This document shows positions 1 through 9,757 of a stretch of 64,000 bases of DNA, in pieces. Each line of letters starts with the position of its first letter. The first letter of the stretch is position 1. The stretch lies in the NCBI GenBank assembly GCA_964016885.1, contig OZ024743.1, forward strand, positions 143,034,001-143,098,000, written 5' to 3'. Both the position numbers and the translations under genes were made by a program. This DNA comes from Eledone cirrhosa (lineage: Eukaryota). The notes beneath the pieces were generated by a model, which saw nothing but the letters and a program-made list of their open reading frames with translations, was not told the origin of the DNA and did not search any database.

Positions 1-954
1 GTCTCTGGTGTTTGGTGCTTGGTGCTTGGTGTTTGGTGATTGGTGTTTGGAGATTGGTGTTTGGTGCATGGTGCTTGGTGCTTGGTGTTTGGTGCTTGGT
101 GCTTGGTCTTTGGTGTTTGGCGCTTGGTGCTTGGTGTTTGATGGTTGGTGCTTGGTGTTTGGTGTTTGGTGCTTGGTGTTTGGTGCTTGGTGCTTCGTGT
201 TTGGTGTTTGGTGCTTGGTGCTTGGTGTTTGGTGTTTGGTGCTTGGTGATTGGTTCTTGGTGTTTGGTGCTTGGTGCTTGGTGTTTGGTGTTTGGTGCTT
301 GGTATATGGTGTTTGGTGCTTGGTGCTTGGTGCTTGGTGTTTGATGCTTGGTGCTGGTGCTCTGTACTTGGTGTTTGGTGCTTGGTGCTTGCTGTTTGGC
401 GTTTGGTGTTTGGCGTTTGCTGTTTGGCGTTTGGTGTTTGGTTTTTGATTATTGGCGTTTGCTGTTTGCTGTTTGGTGTTTGGTGTTTGCTGGTTGGTGT
501 TTGGTGTTTGGTGTTTGCTGTTTGGTGTTTGCTGTTTGGTGATTGGTGTTTGCTGTTTGGTGTTTGGTGTTTGTTGTTTGCTGTTTGCTGTTTGCTGTTT
601 GATGTTTGGTGTTTGGCGCTGGGTGCTTGGTGCTTGGTGCTTGGTGTTTGGTGCTTGGTGCTTGGTGCTTGGTGCTTGGTGCTTGGTATTTGGTGCTTGG
701 TGCTTGGTGTTTGCTATTTGGTGTTTGTTGTTTGCTGTTTGGTGTTTGCTGTTTGGTGTTTGCTGTGTGGTGTTTGGTGTTTGCTGTTTGGTGTTTGCTG
801 TTTGGTGTTTGATGTGTGGTGCTTGGTGCTTGGTGTTTGGTATTTGTTTCTTGGTGCTTGGTGCTTGGTGCTTGGTGTTTGGTGCTTGGTGCTTGGTGTT
901 TGGTGCTTGGTGCTAGGTGTTTGGTGTTTAGTGCTCGGTGCTTGGTGTTTGGTG

Positions 955-1925
955 CTTGGTGCTTGGTGCTTGGGTTTGGTGGTTGTTGCTTGGTGGTTGG
1001 TGTTTGGTGCTTGGTGCTTGGTGCTCGGTGTTTGGTGCTTGGTGCTTGGTGTTTGGTGGTTGGTGCTTGGTGCTTGGTGCCTGGTGTTTGGTGCTTGGTA
1101 CTTGGTGTTTGGTGCTTGGTGCTTGGTACTTGGTGTTTGGTGTTTGGTGCTTGGTCCTTGGTGTTTGGTGTTTGGTGCTTGGTGCTTGGTGTTTGGTGTT
1201 TGCTGTTTGCTGTTTGGTGTTTGGTGCTTGGTGCTTGGTGCTTGGAGCTTGGTGTTTGGTGTTTAGTGCTTGGTGCTTGGTATTTGGTGTTTGGTGCTTG
1301 GTGCTTGGTGTCTGGTGTTTGGTGCTTGGTGCTTCTTGTTTGGTGATTGGTGTTTGGAGATTGGTGTTTGGTGCTTGGTGTTTGGTGCTTGGTGTTTGGT
1401 GCTTGGTGCTTGGTGTTTGGTGCTTGGTGCTAGGTGTTTGGTGTTTAGTGCTCGGTGCTTGGTGTTTGGTGCTTGGTGCTTGGTGCTTGGGTTTGGTGGT
1501 TGTTGCTTGGTGCTTGGGTTTGGTGGTTGTTGCTTGGTGGTTGGTGTTTGGTGCTTGGTGCTTGGTGCTCGGTGTTAGGTGCTTGGTGCTTGGTGTTTGG
1601 TGTTTGGTGCTTGGTGCTTGGTGCTTGGTGTTTGGTGCTTGGTACTTGGTGTTTGGTGTTTGGTGCTTGGTCCTTGGTGTTTGGTGTTTGGTGCTTGGTG
1701 CTTGGTGTTTGGTGTTTGCTGTTTGCTGTTTGGTGTTTGGTGCTTGGTGCTTGGTGCTTGGAGCTTGGTGTTTGGTGTTTAGTGCTTGGTGCTTGGTATT
1801 TGGTGTTTGGTGCTTGGTGCTTGGTGTCTGGTGTTTGGTGCTTGGTGCTTCTTGTTTGGTGATTGGTGTTTGGAGATTGGTGTTTGGTGCTTGGTGTTTG
1901 GTGCTTGGTGTTTGGTGCTTGGTGC
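955..1925 (+). repeat. 516-bp tandem duplication, with an internal 27-bp duplication at about 1486-1540
   Basis: GCTTCTTGTTTGGTGATTGGTGTTTGGAGATTGG occurs at 1331 and 1847, and ORF starts 1270/1786 share the offset. CTTGGGTTTGGTGGTTGTTG occurs at 1486 and 1513. Ends are approximate. Confidence 0.85.
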
Positions 1926-4900
1926 TTGGTCTTTGGTGTTTTGCGCTTGGTGCTTGTTTTTGATGGTTGGTGCTTGGTGTTTGGTGTTTGGTGCTTGGTG
2001 CTTGGTGCTTGGTGCTTGGTTTTTGGTGCTTCATTCTTGGTGTTTGGTGCTTGGTGTTTGGTGTTTGGTGTTTGGTTCTTGGTGTTTGGTGCTTGGTGCT
2101 TGGTGCTTGGTGCTTGGTGCTTGATGCTTGCTATTTGGTTCTTGGTGCTAGGTATTTGGTGTTTGGTGCGTGGTGCTTGGTGTTTGGTGCTTGGTGCTTG
2201 GTGCTTGGTGTTTGGTGCTTGGTTCTTGGTTCTTGGTGTTTGGTGCTTGGTGCTTGGTGCTTGGTGCTTGGTGCTTGATGCTTGGTGTTTGGTTCTTGGT
2301 GCTAGGTATTTGGTGTTTGGTGCATGGTGCTTGGTGTTTGGTGCTTGGTGCTTTGTGCTTAGTGTTTGGTGCTTGGAGCTTGTTGTTTGGTGTTTAGTGC
2401 TTGGTGCTTGGTGTTTGGTTTTTGGTGCTTGGTGCTTCGTGTTTGGTGTTTGGTGCTTGGTGATTGGTTCTTGGTGTTTGGTGCTTGGTGCTTGGTGTTT
2501 GGTGTTTGGTGCTTGGTGCTTGGTGTTTGGTGCTTGGTGCTTGGTGCTTGGTGTTTGATGCTTGGTGCTGGTGCTTGGTACTTGGTGTTTGGTGCTTGGT
2601 GCTTGGTGCTTGGTATTTGGTGTTTAGTGCTTGGTGCTTGGTGTTTGGTTTTTGGTGCTTGGTGCTTGGTGTTTGGTGTTTGTTGCTTGGTGCTTGCTTT
2701 TTGGCGTTTGGTGTTTGGCGTTTGCTGTTTGGCGTTTGGTGTTTGGTTTTGGATTTTTGGCGTTTGCTGTTTGGTGTTTGGTGTTTGGTGTTTGCTGTTT
2801 GGTGTTTGGTGTTTGGTGATTGGTGTTTGCTGTTTGGTGTTTGGTGTTTGTTGTTTGCTGTTTGCTGTTTGCTGTTTGATGTTTGGTGTTTGGCGCTGGG
2901 TGCTTGGTGCTTGGTGCTTGGTGTTTGGTGCTTGGTGCTTGGTGCTTGGTGCTTGGTATTTGGTGCTTGGTGCTTGGTGTTTGCTATTTGGTGTTTGGTG
3001 TTTGCTGTTTGCTGTTTGCTGTTTGGTGTTTGCTGTGTGGTGTTTGGAGTTTGCTGTTTGGTGTTTGCTGTTTGGTGTTTGATGTGTGGTGCTTGGTGCT
3101 TGGTGTTTGGTATTTGTTTCTTGGTGCTTGGTGCTTGGTGCTTGGTGTTTGGTGCTTGGTGCTTGGTGCTTGGTGTTTGGTGCTTGGTGCTAGGTGTTTG
3201 GTGTTTAGTGCTCGGTGCTTGGTATTTGGTGCTTGGTGCTTGGTGCTTGATGTTTGGTGCTTGGTGCTTGGTACTTGGTCTTTGGTGCTTGGTGCTTGGT
3301 GTTTGGTGTTTGGTGCTTGGTGCTTGGTGCTTGGTGTTTGGAGCTTGGTGCCTGGTGTTTGGTGCTTGGTGCTTGGTGCTTGGTGTTTGGTGCTTGGTGC
3401 TTGGGTTTGGTGGTTGTTGCTTGGTGGTTGGTGTTTGGTGCTTGGTGCTTGGTGCTCGGTGTTTGGTGCTTGGTGCTTGGTGTTTGGTGTTTGGTGCTTG
3501 GTGCTTGGTGCTTGGTGTTTGGTGCTTGGTACTTGGTGTTTGGTGTTTGGTGCTTGGTGCTTGGTGTTTGGTGTTTGGTGCTTGGTGCTTGGTGTTTGGT
3601 GCTTGGTGCTTGGTGCTTGGTGTTTGGTGTTTGGTGTTTGCTGTTTGGTGTTTGGTGCTTGGTGCTTGGTGCTTGGAGCTTGGTGTTTGGTGTTTAGTGC
3701 TTGGTGCTTGGTATTTGGTGTTTGGTGCTTGGTGTTTGGTGTCTGGTGTTTGGTGCTTGGTGCTTGGTGTTTGGTGATTGGTGTTTGGAGATTGGTGTTT
3801 GGTGCTTGGTGCTTGGTGCTTGGTGTTTGGTGCTTGGTGTTTTGTGCTTGGTGCTTGGTGTTTGGTGTTTGGTGCTTGGTGATTGGTGTTTGGTGCTTGA
3901 TGTTTGGTTTTTGCGGTTTGGTGTTTGCTGTGTGGTGTTTGGTGTTTGCTGTTTGGTGTTTGATGTGTGGTGCTTGGTGCTTGGTGTTTGGTATTTGTTT
4001 CTTGGTGCTTGGTGCTTGGTGCTTGGTGTTTGGTGCTTGGTGCTTGGTTCTTGGTGTTTGGTGCTTGGTGCTAGGTGTTTGGTGTTTAGTGCTTGGTGCT
4101 TGGTGTTTGGTGCTTGGTGCTTGGTGCTTGATGTTTGGTGCTTGGTGCTTGGTACTTGGTTTTGGTGCTTGGTGCTTGGTGCTTGCTGCTTGGTGCTTGG
4201 TGCTTTGTGCTTGGTGCTTGGTGCTTGGTGTTTGGTGTTTAGTGATTGGTGCTTGGGTTTTGGTGTTTGATGCTTGGTTCTTGGTGTTTGGTGTTTGGTG
4301 CTTGGTGCTTGGTGTTTGGTGTTTGGTGCTTGGTGCTTGGTGTTTGGTGCTTGGTGCTTGGTGCTTGGTGTTTGGTGCTTGGTGTTTGGTGTTTGGCGCT
4401 TAGTGCTTGGTGTTTGGTGCCTGGTGCTTGGTGTTTGGTCTTTGGTGCTTTGTGTGTGGTACTTGGTGCTTGGTGCTTGGTCTTTGGTGCTTGGTGATTG
4501 GTGCTTGGTGCTTGGTGTTTGGTGCTTAGTGCTTGGTATTTGGTGCTTGGTGCTTGGTTCTTGGTGTTTGGTGCTTGGTGCTTGGTGCTTGCTGCTTGGT
4601 GCTTGGTGTTTTGTGCTTGGTGCTTGGTGTTTGGTGTTTGGTGCTTGGTGATTGGTGTTTGGTGCTTGGTGCTTGGTTCTTGTTGTTTGGTGCTTGGTGC
4701 TTGGTGCTTGGTGTTTGGTGTTTGGTGCTTGGTGCTTGGTGTTTGGTGTTTGGTACTTGGTGCTTGGTGTTTGGTGTTTGGTGCTTGGTATTTGGTGTTT
4801 GGTGCTTGTTGCTTGGTGCTTGGTGTTTGATGCTTGGTGCTTGGTGTTTGGTGCTTGGTGCTTGGTGTTTGGTGTTTGGTGCTTGGTGCTTGGTGCTTGG

Positions 4901-7900
4901 TGCTTGGCGTTTGGTGCTTGGTGCTTTGTGCTTGGTGTCTGGTGCTTGATGCTTGGTGTTTGGTTCTTGGTGCTAGGTATTTGGTGTTTGGTGCTTGGTG
5001 CTTGGTGTTTGGTGCTTGGTGCTTGGTGCTTGGTGTTTGGTGCTTGGTGCTTGGTGCTTGGTGTTTGGTGCTTGGTGCTTTGTGCTTGGTGCTTGGTGCT
5101 TGGTGCTTGGTGTTTGGTGCTTGATGCTTGGTGTTTGGTTCTTGGTGCTAGGTATTTGGTGTTTGGTGCGTGGTGCTTGGTGTTTGGTGCTTGGTACTTG
5201 GTGCTTGGTGTTTGGTGCTTGGTGCTTTGTGCTTGGTGTTTGGTGCTTGGTGCTTTGTGCTTGGTGCTTGGTTTTTGGTGCTTGGTGTTTGGTGTTTGGT
5301 GCTTGGTGCTTGGTTCTTGGTGCTTGGTACTTGATGTTTTGTCCTTGGTGCTTGGTGCTTGGTGTTTGGTGTTTGGTGCTTGGGGCTTGGTGTTTGGTGT
5401 TTGGTGTTTGCTGTTTGGTGTTTGGTGTTTGCTGTTTGGTGTTTGCTATTTGGTGTTTGGTGTTTGGTGTTTGGTGTTTGCTGTTTGGTGTTTGGTGTGT
5501 TGTGTTTCGTGCTTGGTGCTTGGTGCTTGCTGTTTGATGCTTGGTGCTTGGTGCTTGGTGCTTGGTGTTTGGTGCTTGGTGCTAGGTTTTTGGTGTTTGG
5601 TGCTTGTTGCTTGGTGTTTGGTGCTTGGTGCTTGGTGATTGTTGTTTGGTGCTTCGTCTGTGGTATTTCGTGCTTGGTGCTTGGTGCTTGTTGTTTGGTG
5701 CTTGGTGCTTGGTGCTTGGTGTTTGGTGCTTGGTGCTAGGTTTTTGGTGTTTGGTGCTTGTTGCTTGGTGTTTGATGTGTGGTCCTTGGTGCTTGGTGTT
5801 TGGTATTTGGTGGTTGGTGCTTGGTGTTTGGTGTTTCGTGTTTCGTGCTTGGTGCTTGTTGTTTGGTGCTTGGTGCTTGGTGCTTGGTGTTTGGTGCTTG
5901 GTGCTAGGTTTTTGGTGTTTGGTGCTTGTTGCTTGGTGTTTGGTGCTTGGTGCTTGGTGATTGTTGTTTGGTGCTTGGTGCTTGGTGTTTGGTGCTTGGT
6001 GCTTGGTGTTTGGTGTTTGGTGTTTGGTGGTTGGTGTTTGGTGCTTGGGTTTTGTTGCTTGGTGCTTGGTGGTTGGTGTTTGGTGTTTGGTGCTTGGTGC
6101 TGGGTGTTTGGTGTTTGATGCTTGGTGCTTGGTGTTTGGTGTTTGGTGCTTGGTGATTGGTTTTTGGTGTTTGGTGCTTGGTGCTTGGTGTTTGGTGTTT
6201 GGTGCTTGGTGCTTGGTGTTTGGTGCTTGGTGCTTGGTGCTTGGTGTTTGGTGCTTGGTGCTTGGTGCTTGGTACTTGGTGTTTGGTACTTGGTGCTTGG
6301 TGCTTGGTGTTTGGTGTTTAGTGCTTGGTGCTTGGTGTTTGGTTTTTGGTGCTTGGTGCTTGGTGTTTGGTGTTTGGTTTTTGGTGCTTGCTGTTTGGCA
6401 TTTGGTGTTTGGCGTTTGCTGTTTGGCGTTTGGTGTTTGTTGTTTGCTGTTTGCTGTTTGCTGTTTGATGTTTGGTGTTTGGCGCTGGGTGCTTGGTGCT
6501 TGGTGCTTGGTGTTTGGTGCTTGGTGCTTGGTGCTTGGTATTTGGTGCTTGGTGCTTGGTGTTTGGTGTTTGGTGTTTTCTGTTTGGTGTTTGCTGCTTG
6601 GTGTTTGCTATTTGGTGTTTGCTGTTTGCTGTTTGCTGTTTGCTGTTTGGTGTTTGCTGTTTGGTGTTTGCTGTGTGGTGTTTGGTGTTTGATGTGTGGT
6701 GCTTGGTGCTTGGTGTTTGGTATTTGTTCCTTGGTGCTTGGTGCTTGGTGCTTGGTGTTTGGTGCTTGGTGCTTGGCGCTTGGTGTTTGGTGCCTGGTGC
6801 TAGGTGTTTGGTGTTTAGTGCTTGGTGCTTGGTGTTTGGTGCTTGGTGCTTGGTGCTTGGTGCTTGATATTTGGTGCTTGGTGCTTGGTACTTGGTCTTT
6901 GGTGCTTGGTGCTTGGTGTTTGGTGTTTGGTGCTTGGTGATTGGTGTTCGGTGCTTGGTGCTTGGTTCTTGTTGTTTGGTGCTTGGTGCTTGGTGCTTGG
7001 TGATTGGTGCTTGGTGCTTGGTGTTTGGTGTTTGGTACTTGGTGCTTGGTGTTTGGTGTTTGGAGCTTGGTGCCTGTTGTTTGGTGCTTGGTGCTTGGTG
7101 CCTGGTGTTTGATGCTTGGTGCTTGGTGCATGGTGTTTGGTGCTTTGTGCTTGGTGCTTGGTGCTTGGTGCTTGGTGCTTGTCGTTTGGTGTTTGTCGTT
7201 TGGCTATTTCTGTTTGGTGTTTGGTGTTTGGTGTTTGCTGTTTGGTGTTTGCTGTTTGGTGTTTGGAGTCTGGTGTTTGCTGTTTGGTGTTTGGTGTTTG
7301 CTGTTTGGTGTTTGCTGTTTGTTGTTTTGTGTTTGGTGTTTGGTGTTTGGTGTTTGCTGTTTGCTGTTTGGTGTTTGCTGTTTGGTGTTTGCTGTTTGGT
7401 TTTTGGTGTTTGGTGTTTGGTGCTTGGTGCTTGGTGCTTGGTGCTTGGTGTTTGGTGCTTGGTGCTTGGTGCTTGGTGCTTGGAGCTTGGTGTTTGGTGT
7501 TTAGTGCTTGGTGCTTGGTGTTTGGTGTTTGGTGGTTGGTGCTTGGTGTTTGGTGTTTGGTGCTCGGTGCTTGGTGTTTGGTGTTTGGTGCTTGGTGCTT
7601 GGTGCTTGGTGCTTGTTTCTTGGTGCTTTGTGTTTGGTGCTTGGTGATTGGTGTTTGGTGTTTAGTGCTTGGTGCTTGGGGTTTGGTGTTTGATGCTTGG
7701 TTCTTGGTGTTTGGTGTTTGGTGCTTGGTGCTTGTTGTCTGCTGTTTGGTGCTTGATACTTGGTGTTTGGTGTTTGGTGCTTGGTGCTTGGTGTTTGGTG
7801 CTTGGTGCTTGGTGTTTGGAGTTTGGTGCTTGGTGCTTGGTGTTTGGTGTTTGGCGCTTAGTGCTTGGTGTTTGGTGCTTGGTGCTTGGTGTTTGGTCTT

Positions 7901-8933
7901 TGGTGCTTGGTGTGTGGTACTTGGTGCTTGGTGCTTGGTCTTTGGTGCTTGGTGATTAGTGCTTGGTGCTTGGTGTTTGTTGCTTAGTGCTTGGTGTTTG
8001 GTGCTTGGTGCGTGGTGCTTGGTGTTTGGTGCTTGGTGCTTGCTGCTTGGTGCTTGGTGCTTTGTGCTTGGTGCTTGGTGTTTGGTGTTCGGTGCTTGGT
8101 GATTGGTGTTTGGTGCTTGGAGCTTGGTTCTTCTTGTTTGGTGCTTGGTGCTTGGTTTTTGGTGTTTGGTGCTTGGTGCTTGGTATTTGGTGTTTGGTGC
8201 TTGGTATTTGGTGTTTGGTGCTTGTTGCTAGGTGCTTGGTGTTTGGTGCTTGGTGCTTGGTGTTTGGTGTTTGGTGCTTGGTTCTTGTGTTTGGTGTTTG
8301 GTGCTTGGTGTTTGGTGTTTGGTGCTTGGTGCTTGGTTCTTGGTGCTTGGTGCTTGATGTTTTGTGCTTGGTGCTTGGTGCTTGGTGCTTGGTGTTTGGT
8401 GTTTGGTGTTTGCTGTTTGGTGTTTGGTGTTTGCTGTTTGGTGTTTGCTATTTGGTGTTTGGTGTTTGCTGTTTGGTGTTTGCTGTTTGGTGTTTGGTTT
8501 GTGGTGTTTGGTGTTTGATGTTTGGTGCTTGGTGCTTGGTGTTTGGTGTTTGGTGCTTGGTGCTTGGTGTTTGGTACTTGGTGCTTGGTGCTTGGTGATT
8601 GTTGTTTGGTGCTTGGTGCTTGGTGCTTGGTGTTTGGTGCTTGGAGCTTGGTGTTTGGTGTTTGGTGTTTGGTGGTTGGTGTTTGGTGCTTGGGGTTTGG
8701 TGCTTGGTGCTTGGTGTTTGGTGTTTGGTGCTTGGTTTATTGGTTCTTGGTGTTTGGTGCTTGGTGCTTGGTGTTTGGTGTTTGGTGCTTGGTGCTTGGT
8801 GCTTGGTGCTTGGTGCTTGGTTTTTGATGCTTGGTGCTGGTGCTTGGTACTTGGTGTTTGGTGCTTGGTGCTTGGTGCTTGGTGTTTGGTGTTTAGTGCT
8901 TGGTGCTTGGTGTTTGGTTTTTGGTGCTTGGTG

Positions 8934-9757
8934 CTTGGTGTTTGGTGCTGGGTGCTTTGTGTTTGGTGATTGGTGCTTGGTGTTTGGTGTTTGCTGCTTG
9001 GTGCTTGGTGTTTTGTGTTTGGTGCTTGGTGCTTGGTGTTTGGTGCTTGGTGCTTGGTGCTTGGTGTTTGTACTTGGTGCTTGGTGTTTGGTGTTTGGTT
9101 CTTGGTTCTTGGTGTTTGGTACTTGGTGCTTGGTGCTTGGTGCTTGGTGTTAGGTATTTGGTGCTTGGTCCTTCGTGTTTGGTGCTTGGTGTTTGGTGTT
9201 TGCTGTTTGGAGTTTGGTGTTTGGTGTTTTGTTTTGCTGTCTGGTGTCTGCTTTTTGGTGTTTAGTGTTTGCTGTATGGTGTTTGCTGTTTCGTGTTTGG
9301 TGTTTGCTGTTTGGTGTTTGGTCTTTGGTGCTTGGTGTTTGGTGCTTGGTGTTTGGTGTTTGGTGCTTGCTGCTTGGTGTTTGGTGTTTGGTGTTTGGTG
9401 CTTGGTGTTTGGTGTTTAGTGTTTGGTGCTTGGTGTCTGATGCTTGGTGTTTGGTGTTTGGTGCTTGGTGCTTGGTGCTTGGTGTTTGGTGCCTGGTGCT
9501 TGGTGCTTGATGCTTGGTGTTTGGTGTTTGGTGCTTGGTGCTTGGTGTTTCGTGATTGGTGCTTATTTTTTTGTGTTTCGTGTTTGGTTTTTGGTGCTTG
9601 GTGCTTGGTGCTTGGTCCTTGGTGTTTGGTGCTGGGTGCTTTGTGTTTGGTGCTTGGTGCTTGGTGCTTGGTGTTTGGTGTTTGCTGCTTGGTGTTTGAT
9701 GCTTGGTGCTTGGTGCTTGGTGTTTTGTGTTTGGTGCTTGGTGCTTGGTGTTTGGTG
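8934..9757 (+). repeat. ~820-bp satellite block nearly identical to 31039-31862 (offset 22,105 bp)
   Basis: ORF pairs 8970/31075, 9175/31280, 9269/31374 and 9444/31549 share the offset. Variant GGTCCTTCGTG occurs at about 9167 and 31272. One mismatch was noted at 9230/31335. Confidence 0.9.

Noticed and set aside
9560-9575. T-rich run (CTTATTTTTTTG, also at about 31667, 35260, 41586, 42605 and 46253) as a terminator or poly(A) remnant
   Set aside because: It is a cluster of substitutions within the heptamer register that was copied with the higher-order unit. There is no hairpin, upstream gene or target-site duplication.
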